Source: Microthyrium microscopicum | Lineage: Eukaryota | Reading direction: 5' to 3' | Length of the DNA: 64,000 nt | NCBI GenBank assembly: GCA_010405405.1 | Contig: MU004234.1 | Span: 540,993-604,992 of the forward strand | Part shown: positions 1 through 10,341 of the stretch, in pieces | Layout of the letters: every line of letters begins with the position of its first letter | How positions within the stretch are numbered: position 1 is the first letter of the stretch | Made by a program: the position numbers and the translations under genes | The notes under the pieces: model-generated | Databases searched by the model: none | What the model was told of the DNA's origin: nothing | The model's input: only the letters and a program-made list of their open reading frames with translations

Positions 1-152
1 CGCCATCGTATTGCATCGCTTTCATAGCTTGTATTGCTGGTCGAATGTTATGGTGCCCATCGAATAGAATGGGCCTATAACATACGACCTACTTTCGAGC
101 AAATGCTTAACTTGACCCTTCTTCTTCAACTTATGCTAACATCTTACAGGCA

Positions 153-1358
153 ATGGCCATGACCTCCTGCTGCGGAGACCAAGCGGGTCGGTGTGATGTT
201 CATCGACCAGTGCAACCGCTGGCGCCAACTGCATTGACTTGCGAAAACTACAAATACAGAAAAAACCCTGAACATCACTTGCTCAACGTGCCAACCGAGA
301 TTCGTCTACTCATCTGTGAGAATCTCTCGCTTGCTTCACGTTGCGCCCTCGCACTTACCTGCAAGGGGCTAAAAGATGAGCTGTCACTAGAATTTTGGCC
401 GAGCCTAGATACAAATCATACGGAGATGGTAAGCTTTTCCTGTTCCGAGCCCGCTCCCCTCGAAGCCGTACGAATATACCAAAACCCGTGGTGGTTGCTA
501 ACACTTTCAATGGCTCCCATGGCACGCGCTTCAAATCAAATGCTGTGGTATCCATTGACCTACCAAATGCATTCGCTTCCAACTTTTTCAATAGGCTTGC
601 ACGAATATCATTGTGTGATCTTGTACTAACACATTTGCCAGGACATGTTCTTGAATATGTTACGAAAGGACATTCCAGATACATTCGTTTGCGGCGGCTG
701 GGACGGCTGTCACCAGCTCGAATATGCGCCATATACGCTCAGCGTTGACGGTCCCAGTCTTGGAGCCTACCCAAGCACGCCAGTCCATGGCCGCGACCTG
801 GCATTCGACAATTTCTATCATGCCCCAGCCACGCATATCCAGCGCTGGAAAGAAGACCAAATCTGCCCCGAATACTTTTACTGCAGCACCACTCTCACCT
901 TCCACGCTGGAGATTCACAATACCTGGGGAGTGTGAAGTACTTCATCAACGAATTTGAAGGTCGCAACTATCTATTCCGGAAATACCGTCTACCGATCGT
1001 GGAAGGCAAGCCAATCACTATTGTATCCAACGCTGGATCCAATAGCCCAGTAGGCATCGAAATGTGCAAACACAACAAACTCAAATGGCTCATGAAGCGA
1101 GCGCTACCTCCAGTCTTCCTGAATGGTCCAGCATTCCCCAACGGTACCCTGGCGTGCTGGACTGGCCGGACACTTATGCAAGATAGCTTCATCGTTCTCG
1201 ACCGAAGCCTGGGAATATTTGGGGCCACGCGAAAGGTGCACACGTATGAGTGTGACTGCGGTGCTTTTGCTGAGATCAAAGATGTGGAGAATATAGAGGA
1301 TACTCATGCCGAATGTGTTTTTGCTACACCGCTTAAGGAGTCAATGGATTCGCAGTAA
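153..1358 (+). CDS. F-box domain protein, Cys/His-rich family, paralogue 1 (exons 153-428, 642-1358)
   Basis: F-box-like segment LLNVPTEIRLLICENLSLASRCALALTCK. Phase-0 intron 429-641 (GTAAGC...TACTAAC...CAG) joins ORF 153 to ORF 645 in frame. Colinear motifs are shared with three paralogues at 14.6-19.4 kb. Confidence 0.8.
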
Positions 1359-1749
1359 TAACGACACTCTCTCATCGACTGCTACATTAGTCATCGTAGC
1401 TTTCGGGAGTATTGTCGGAATTACACGTACAGAATAGACTTTATGCTCCATCTCATCCTGTGGCTGATTTCGCATCTAATATCCAACGTGATCGCTGTTG
1501 TGTGCGGCACGCTACTCATTGACTGGTAAAATAAGGACTGCATAATGAATTATAGTATATCACAGCCAGCGAAGCTGCTGGGGAGAAGACCACTATTCAT
1601 AAAATCCATTGATTGTTTGCGTCAGTATCTGACTTGTAGAAACACATATGACTCCAATATCTACCAGCCGACCCATGATACTCTGCCATAACTCCATTTT
1701 CAAAACCGAGTAACCCCATACAACAACCCCCACTACGATAAACTCACAC

Positions 1750-2868
1750 TCACAGCTTAGCAGTCAACCTATTCTCCCTCAAAAACTCCCCCGCCTCCTT
1801 CGCCGCCTCCTGCGCCACCCTTACAAAATCAATCACTGGCGCCACCAGAATAATATCATGCGGCGCACCCTCCTTCACCACCAACTGCACACTCGCGCCC
1901 TTGGCTCTGAACTCCTCCGCAATCTGCACATTATCATCATACAACACCTCCGCGCGTCCCGTCTGGACGAAGATTGGTGATTTGCTTTCAAAGGCGTTGC
2001 CGAGTGGTGTTAGGTACGGATCCATGGGATCACAGCCTTCAGAGAACGTGGACGCGCCCCAGTGTCCGAATGTGGGGCCAAGGTAGTCGGTGGAATACTG
2101 GGGAGAGCTGGAGATGGAGGTAATGTCTAGCGCGGCGTGCACGTTGACCCAGGGTGACCAGAGCCACACGCAGCCGGGCCACGGGAGACCGAGCGCTTTG
2201 CCGTGGTCGTGGATGTAGCGGAGAAGTGCGAGGGCGAGGTTTCCGCCTGCTGAATCACCGCTGATGGTAATGCGGGATGGAGGGACGCGGAGCTTGTCTG
2301 TCAAGTGCATATATGCGCTCACAGCATCTTGGAGTGCTGCTGGGAAACGTCCGCCGGCGTTGCTGGAAAGGCGGTAGGCTGGTGCGAGAACGTGCGTGAT
2401 CCGGCTATGTTTGACGAATGTGCGGGTTGTGAAGCCCAAGTCCGCATCGCGCGCTGCGCCGATTACGTAGGCGCCGCCGTGGAAGTGGAGGACGACATCT
2501 GCGTCGTCGACTTGGCTGCGTTGGAGGGCGGAGGGTGTCCAGACGGCGCCGATTTTCGTGGGCCGGATGCTGGTGTCTGCGAGGGGGCCTTTGTAGGCCC
2601 AGTTTCCTTGTGGGTTGATGATGGTGAAGCGGTCGCCTTCAACGCCGGGTTCGAGGGAGAGCTTGGTTTTTGTGCGGACGGTGGAGGAGTGTGCGAGGAA
2701 GGACTTTACGATGCGCATGCGCAGGGCTTGGGAGAAGGTCCATGATTTATGTGGGCGGCCGACGCGGAAGGTGTAGAGGAGGACCCAGATGGGAAAGCGG
2801 GTGAGTTCGTAGACGACGGCGAGGAGGGCGTAGACGGCCTTTATGGGTTGGGTGGCGAGGATGGGCAT
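1750..2868 (-). CDS. Alpha/beta hydrolase, HSL-like esterase/lipase with N-terminal hydrophobic anchor
   Basis: HFHGGAY oxyanion motif, GDSAGG nucleophile elbow, C-terminal GAPHD His. First ATG (MPILATQ) at 2868; intronless. Confidence 0.9.
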   Translation of the reverse strand: MPILATQPIKAVYALLAVVYELTRFPIWVLLYTFRVGRPHKSWTFSQALRMRIVKSFLAHSSTVRTKTKLSLEPGVEGDRFTIINPQGNWAYKGPLADTSIRPTKIGAVWTPSALQRSQVDDADVVLHFHGGAYVIGAARDADLGFTTRTFVKHSRITHVLAPAYRLSSNAGGRFPAALQDAVSAYMHLTDKLRVPPSRITISGDSAGGNLALALLRYIHDHGKALGLPWPGCVWLWSPWVNVHAALDITSISSSPQYSTDYLGPTFGHWGASTFSEGCDPMDPYLTPLGNAFESKSPIFVQTGRAEVLYDDNVQIAEEFRAKGASVQLVVKEGAPHDIILVAPVIDFVRVAQEAAKEAGEFLRENRLTAKL

Positions 2869-2923
2869 GTTGGTGGTGGAGTAGCCTTGCGGTTCACGAT
2901 GGGGTGGATGGTGAGACCGTCGA

Positions 2924-2986
2924 CAGTTTTGACGGCAATGGAGGCAGTTTCGACGACGATGGACGCAGTTTTGACGACGTCGACGA
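2924..2986. repeat. Three imperfect 21-bp tandem repeats upstream of the hydrolase gene
   Basis: cagttttgacggcaatggagg / cagtttcgacgacgatggacg / cagttttgacgacgtcgacga. Confidence 0.75.
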
Positions 2987-3919
2987 TTTTCACAAGAAGC
3001 AAAGGCGGGCCAAATCAATCAAGAAGAGAAACATACCTACACTTCATATACCACCCAAAGCATGTTTGTGCTCCTTTCGGCCGTTCACAAGCTTACAGCG
3101 TAGCCAGCAGTACCAATGCCCTTTCACAGATACTGTGTGCTCCGCGACATTGATTGATACCGAGGCTGGGGGATGATCAGTGACACGGGCTAGCACGGCG
3201 CAAAGTAAGGTCTACTAGGAATAGCGTGGATAAATTGCGGAGTAACGCCGTAGCATTTTGATATGAATTCAATGGTCTTTGCGAGTCAATTGTCGAGTTT
3301 ATTGGATGGAACCCTGTTCGTTCATGGTTCTTTGGTGGGTCTCAGGCGTGCAGTTGTCTGGTGAAGCTTGAAAATATTTCAAAGAGTGAGCGCTATGGTG
3401 CGTTCACGTAGCGAAATCAGCAGCGAAAAGAGGCAGCATGTTTGACTATCTTCACAAATTGAATGGAATACTTGTAGAAGGATGGAGAGAAGGTTGCGAG
3501 AGGTTCAGAAGTTTCAAGCGGTGGTTGCAGCCACGTTGCTCATGCACGTCACCCTGCTAGTCTTTTACGCCATGCCTCTCGCGTGCATGCTTGATATCTC
3601 TACGATGAAGGCATGGGTAGGTATAAAATACGACCGTAAGAATTATTGTTGGATAACTTGTCAAGAAAGCCTTCGATTTTTAAAGCGTAGCTGGAAGCAA
3701 GATAATAATGAGGTCGGGGTGTGCGACATACCACGAATTAGAGCAGTTATTCCAACGATCAAGAATCAAGATCATTGACTAAGGTATTTCTAGCTACTCA
3801 AACAAAATCCGTCGTAGATGTCACACTCAAAGCATCTTATCCTGAATCAACATACGGGGTCAAATAACAGCTCACTAGCCAATCACACATTCGATGAACC
3901 GTTCGTTGAAGTGAAGTGC

Positions 3920-6655
3920 TTAGACGGATACATCACGACGCATGTCCGGCATGACCGATCCACTACGATCATGCTCCTCCTCTAGAGCCTCAAGCTCTTT
4001 CATAGCATTGGTGAGGAACTTGTGCTGAGCAACAAGCTTCTGACGTTCCTGAACCTTCGTTGGGTCTTGAGCGAGCATCAGCTCCCAGTGGGATTTGTTG
4101 GCAACTAGGAGAGTTAGTATTGCAAAGAAAAGCTAGAGGACGTACTTACTGTTGTCAGGATCCTTTACTCCTAATTCCTCCTCAATTCGATCTTTCAGAG
4201 CTGGTAAACCTCCAAGCAAATCCGCTTCGACCATGAGAATCACATTCTCTACAAAGCGAGTCGCGGCGATGCTATAGTACGCTTTAACCTTAGCCATGAC
4301 CTCGATCTCACGATCATAAGGATCGGCGCCGATTTTGACGCGGAACTTCTCAGACTCAATTTCTTTGCGCTGCTTGTCGTCGAGACCGAATTCTGTGTCC
4401 CAGTCAGGGTGTTCAGCCTGGTAGAGTTGGCGGGCTCGCTGCTCATAGCGAGCTTTTTCGATGGTGGTAAGCTCCTTAACGGTCAACTGATCTAGAAGTT
4501 GCTTATTGGCGATGACGGGAGTGAAGTTCTCACGAGCAAATGCACCGATTGCTTTGTCGACTTGAACTTTGACGAGGTCGTGAACGAAGTTGCGAGTGAT
4601 AGCGTCCATCGAATCATGTAGTGGGGTACCACGCTATGGACCACATACGGATTCGTGAAGAACGCCTTTGGCGAGAGATGCTGACATCTGCTTGTCAATG
4701 GCTTTGAACAGGGTCTTGACTGGCTTGTCCCAAGACTTGAGCGTGGAGAGAATGATCGCGTTAAGCCCGTTTGGGTTCACCTCTCCAGGGAGCCCGGGTA
4801 GCTGGTACTTGTCGATGGCGATCTTGAGGCTCATTGGGGTGAAGCGACTACCCACAAGTGGTTGATTCACGGTCCCACGCGATGGTGTTTTTACTGGTGA
4901 CCATCCCGTAACAACGATATCATCGTCGTCATCTTCCACAGTCGCCTGACGATGATTTTTGTTCTTTTGGGGAGTCGTAAGGCCTCCATCTACTTTGCGA
5001 GCCTTGCTGGGTGAGACATCCGATTCACCATTGCGCTTGCGCGGCGAAATTGAAGGCTCACGTGAGGCTCGACCTGCAGCAGAAGCGACCTCCTCAAGTC
5101 GTTTGCCTTTTATGGGGCCAAGATCTGCGCCAACCGTAATCTTGGGACGAAGGTCTTCAAGGATGGATTTCTTCAGCACATCGATGTGTTTAGTGGCGCT
5201 GTCTCGCACATCGTTCGAAATAGCTTGCTCTTCATGCGCAGCTTTCATTTGCACAATTTGAGCGAAGTTCTGAACAATCTTGGTGACCTCGAAATATGCA
5301 TGCTTGGGAGGCTCCGGACATTTGGCCAGTCGTGCGTTGATGAGTTTGAGCTGTTGCTCAACACCAAATTGGATTTCTGGCAAGCACTGTAAGGCTAAGC
5401 CGAGAAGATTAATTGACAGTGCGGAAGCGAGGTTGCCAATACCGAGCAGATCAGTGTAGATGTTGAAGTCGGAGGACCATTCTGGTGAGTCGAAGTATTT
5501 GACTTCATTGAGACGAGCCTGTTCCGAGGAGATATGAAGTTCCTGCTGAGATCGTAATTTGCAAACTCGATAGCCCAACTCACGCCTATACTTCTCACCG
5601 GAGAGTACTTTGACCTATCTTATTTAGTAATTGTTCACTAGCAGTTGAATGGAATAGAATACTTACCCAGTCCTTGACGACATCACCACCCACAGCCATA
5701 CGATCGGGCTTTGTAAGTACACCCATGCAACGATGGTTGACTTTCATTCTATTGACAACGCTGGACGCCTTGGAGTTCTGGATGTCGTTCTCCATAGAGA
5801 TGACCAGAAGCACGATTGTCTTTTCTTCCTGAATGTAAGACTCGGCTAGACGCTCGACAAAGTCCACGATTTCTTGACCTCCTTCGTCGGTTTGCGAGAT
5901 GATGCCAGGCAAATCAACGAAGGAAAGATTTGGCAAACTGTTGCCACGAATTTCGATAATCACACGATTTGGAGAAAATGGCTAGCAGTGTTTAGTATCG
6001 CAACTCAATAACGAGCTATCAGTTGACTTACTGCCTCATTCGTATCCACTGTGAAGCCAGATCGGAAGGACTCTACTGAGTGGCTGGGGTTCAGAATAGC
6101 AGCTTGAGCATTATAGATGGCAGACTGCAAAGCGTCTTTGTTGTTCACCTCAGCAAATTTCTCAATGTCCAATGGATGATCACCACGCTCAGCCCAAGGG
6201 TAGAAACGGCCCGGAGTTGCGTCCGGATTGTACGCATACGGTCGACGCAGAGACACTCGAGCAATCCATTCCTCGGCGGAGTCTTGAATCAAGTTTATTT
6301 CCATAGGACAGCGGGTGCAAGTATTGGTATTGCGGGGTACGGAGATTTCGCTCAGAGCTTCGACGAGCGAGGACTTTCCCGAAGATTGATCGCCAATCAT
6401 AGCAATTTTTGGGATTGTGATATTGGCGATGGCGTCAATACCAGTGTGGTGCAAGTTGTTAAGGCATTGGAACAACTTCTTCATGTCGCTACCAAGGGTC
6501 TGGACAGCAGGATTGGAATGATCGACGATTTCTGTAGACGACATTGTGGTTGGAGCTTCGGAAGCTCGAGCGAGAGATGGTGAAGGACGAGTGGGCAACT
6601 GAACGGTCTCTCGACTGCTCTCTCCACGAGGGAAAGTATGACTATAACGAGTCAT
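3920..6655 (-). CDS. Dynamin-superfamily (Mx-like) large GTPase; exons 6655-6032, 5981-5667, 5614-4150, 4104-3920; one in-frame TAG at 4636-4634 (recoded gene or recent pseudogene)
   Basis: G1 GDQSSGKSS, G2 TCTRCP, G3 DLPG, G4 TKPD and a GED-like C-terminus (AYYSIAATRFVENV...LAQDP...ERQKL). Three canonical GTAAGT...TAG introns keep the frame. ORFs 4634..5578 and 4133..4609 are in the same frame, separated only by one TAG. Confidence 0.88.
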
Positions 6656-8504
6656 AATGGCAAGCGTTCAACGAACAACAGAAGAACGGATTGGAAGTCA
6701 AATTCAAGATGAAAAAGAAGGTTCAAAAGAAAGTGGTAAATGAAAGAGTTGGTGTTAGGGAAGATGAAGTGGAGAAGAAGAAGTGGAGGAGGGGTAGATT
6801 TCATGTGTTAGCTGAAGCCTAGAGCGGCCTCAATCCAATGGAGGCAGTTGCCTCGACAAGTAATGGCTTTCGAGCTTAACACACCGCTAGCCTCTTGTAC
6901 TTCCTGGGATAGGTACTCCAAACCTACCCAATTGGGCGATCGGTTGCCATAGCGGCGCATCGAGCGTTCCAAAGAAGGGAATAAACAAGGGAAAAAGTTT
7001 CTCAGGCATCGTGCTGAATGTTCACTGCGTCCAACCCGATGATATACGTCAGTGCCATAGGCCACGGTCCATTCAAGTCATGATGCGCAGGAGTGAGGGT
7101 ATCACTTCAACGATGCAAGCTGTGGTGATCCGATCGACCAAGCAGATAGAGCTGAATTCGTGGGAAATTGTGGTTTTATTGTCGGAACTATAAATAGTGT
7201 CGATAAGGCCAATCTCGTCGACATTTGACAGAGAGCTTCTTACACGCGTCCGCAGGCACTGGTGAGCTGTAGCTCTTGTTCAGGCAGACAAGAAGACGAT
7301 CAGTCGCCGATTTGATCGATGTATTTCTCCAAGCTCTTTCTCATTATTAAATAGAACATACGCTCTGAATGATAGAGCGGATGTGGTGGTCATGTCTGTT
7401 GTATGCAGAGGATGGAGTGAAGTTGGGAAGAGATGCGGGATCTTATCTAATCTCGGAATTACATCCGAAAGAGATGCCAGCAAATGCAGCGTGGCAGCAT
7501 GGATAGCAACAAATGGGCATGGATAGACTGGTGTGACAGAAGGCGACCTGTGCAGATTGGCCAATGGCAACAAAAGATGGAACAATGGAACAAAGGCGAG
7601 AATGGTCATTCGGGTATCCAAGTCATTTTTCAGAAACCGGAGTGGATCACGGGCGCTGTCGGGGGTGCTGCGAGAGGTGAAACGGATTGGATGGTCAGAA
7701 GAAGAGACGAAAGAAAATGCTTCAAAACGACAGGCGTGTCAGGATTTGCAAAGCAGGGCAGGGGAGTAGCTAGCTGCAGTGAGACTAGACCTAATAATTG
7801 ACTTGGGGCATCATGGTCAAAGGCTGATAATTGTTCAAACAATCACTCAGTACTCCAAGGAATTGACAAAGAATTTGAAGCGAAAGGTCAGTGGGTTCTG
7901 TCCCCAGTAAATCGCTAAATATCCCCAGTAATTCAGGGTAAACGAACCAGGAGCCCGTTCTATTCTCATCTTCCAAGGTTCTCACGGAGCCAGCACTTCT
8001 CATGTTTATTTCCACCTTCTTCTAGACCTCTATCTCCCAACTTACATCGCATATCCCAGTTGGTTCCTTACTCGCGCGGGACGCTTACCTGCTGCTTATT
8101 TGGGAGTACAAAGATCTCATCGTCGTGCCAACTTTCGACGCTTGTTGCATTTCATTCCGAGCACTCCGAGAGCCAATCCACAATCCACAATCCGCCCCGC
8201 CAACATCCGCAGTGCACCGCCAATCCAGTCGCCAGTCGCAACTGACCAACGCCCCCAACGTCAGGCCCAGCGCCCTGCAACTTCTCACACCAGTCTACCA
8301 ACCACTGCATCTCCAATCACTCTCCCTGCAAATCCTCCAACTTCCTCCTCCATTCCCTCTATCCTCAATCCCAATCCTGGCCTCAACATATCTACCATCA
8401 TATCCTCAACCGCTTCGCCCTGACCGCGACACTCGTCGCTGTGCTCTCACCTCTCCTCCCAACCACCCCATCCAGGGATCCGCAACACCCAACAAAGCGC
8501 CACA

Positions 8505-9220
8505 ATGCCGTCACACGCCCAGCACGCCCACGCCGAGCTACACCGCCGATACTGGCAACGCAGCATCCTCATACCCCTCTGGACCCAACAATTCCTACTC
8601 CAATTAACCGGCACCATAATCTTCTACTTCGCTGTAACAATATACTGGGCGGGTGGAGCAAACCACGGCAAAGGCCCAAAAGTCGACCGCCGAGAACAAG
8701 CAATCCTCGGGTCTTTCTTTGTCCTCTATTTGTCACTGCTGCTGGCAACACTGGGCGAAGTGCTGCTCTACTGCGTTAATGCGCTGCAGCCAAAGCGCTA
8801 TCTAATCAGCCAACTATTAAAACTCATCGCCAGTTCTGGTGTCTGGGCTACATTAATCGTCTATCCCTATGTCATCAAGAACCCCATCGCCAGCCGCACA
8901 CAAGTCGCCATTGGCATGGAAGCAATCTTCGCATGGCTACAGTCCGTCATCCCCCTCCACTTCCCCCCTCCCACACATTTACTAACACATATCATAGAAT
9001 CCCCATGCTATCCTCCCTCGTCCACGCCGGTCTCGTAGCGCGCGAAGAATGGGTAATCAAACGCGAACTCGACGACCGCCTCCTCCACGCCTCGGAAATC
9101 ATCGCCGCCGCCCCAGCAGCCGAAGTCGCACAATCAGAGCGCACACCTCTCCTAGCCACCAACAATCTCGGCTACGGCGGCCGGCCGCGCAGTAGAACTA
9201 TTGGCGGGAGTCGCGTATAG
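8505..9220 (+). CDS. Small multi-pass membrane protein of unknown function (exons 8505-8941, 8998-9220)
   Basis: About four hydrophobic segments. Intron GTCCGT...TACTAAC...TAG joins ORFs 8505 and 8933 in frame. C-terminal ERTPLL acidic-dileucine-like sorting motif. Confidence 0.7.
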
Positions 9221-10341
9221 CATCGCGTGCCATCTTTTTTTGTCTATGGAGCAGCATCTACTTTAGAACGATAACCTTAACGATAATGAAAAAACACCTT
9301 TACATCATACAAACGGATACCCACGACACTTGGGACGACGCGCAAGATATTTAGAAGGAGGTTGGTGAGGAGTGTTTGGATTTAGAGAAGTGTGCCCGCG
9401 ACTGGAATTACCCTGTGGAGGAACGCGGGACGGGTGTGGGAAGAAGCATTGTTTTGTGCACAGAAGGCGTATTTGATACCTATTGATTTACACATCTGCG
9501 GTACCTCGAGAGAAAGAGGGAAGCCGCGAGATGGCTGGCGAGTTGGTTGGAATACCCCATTAGAATCTGGCTTATATCCTATAGCATTCGATAATCTGGG
9601 ATCATTGTAGAACTGGTTGAAGAAGGGTTGGCGAAACTTGAGACCTCAGCTCTTTAATTGAGCGATGAGACGCTTCTCCTGTGTATATGAACCTTCGTAC
9701 TATTCTACCTACAGTAGTACCTACCTACCAATGAAAAACAAAAACACATTTAAACTACAGTATCTACTCCTATTATTCACATTCCCCCTTCTGCCCCATA
9801 TAAATATTCTCCAGTTATCACTTCCTCAGTGTACCTGGTACCGTAACTCATTATCCCGAAAATTCGCCGCACTCCGATATCCCTACGGAACCAAACCTAA
9901 CGCAGCCAAGATCATCCAAAAAGCTAACCATTCTGCTGCATCCCGCCATTCGATGATGCTGCCCCAAGTCCAATCTATCTCTGGAAAACACGTTGTCGAT
10001 CGGGTGGCGGGGAGCTTGCTGGACAGTTGTTTTCGGCAATGAAATGCCGTGATGCTGTGAGAATGCTGGACAGATGGGGTCTAGAATGAATTGGTGCAGG
10101 GTGTTTGATCTTTTGGATGCGTTGTAACAATTTTAATGAGTTATGGATACAAGATAACTAGGAGAATGATGGAGGAGAAGCAAGAGATATCTCTAATGGA
10201 CGGGAATGCAACTCATGAATTAAGTAGTCATTTCATCGACAATCAAATGTGCTCGCTAATTCAAGTCCGTTCATTATCATATCATGAAAATCATCTTCAT
10301 AAGTAAACATTAAATCAAATGGGTATCTAAAACTTGCAAAA

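Noticed and set aside
395..748. 117-aa alternative-frame ORF spanning the first F-box intron
   Set aside because: No ATG start and no recognisable motif; it overlaps a well-supported spliced gene.
2869..3018. Arg/Cys/His-rich N-terminal extension of the hydrolase in the ORF track
   Set aside because: It starts at a non-ATG codon and derives from the 21-bp repeat; the first ATG is at 2868.
4634..4648. 15-nt in-frame GTATGT...TAG 'intron' that would remove the dynamin stop codon
   Set aside because: It is far shorter than other introns here (about 45 nt or more) and has no branch site; it is likely a chance match, though gene predictors may use it to hide the stop.
6808..8423. Many short ORFs between the dynamin and membrane-protein genes
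   Set aside because: No motifs or coherent splice model; consistent with a divergent promoter and UTR region.
9665..10100. Short ORFs on both strands downstream of IKS1
   Set aside because: I could not build a start-to-stop gene model or recognise any similarity.
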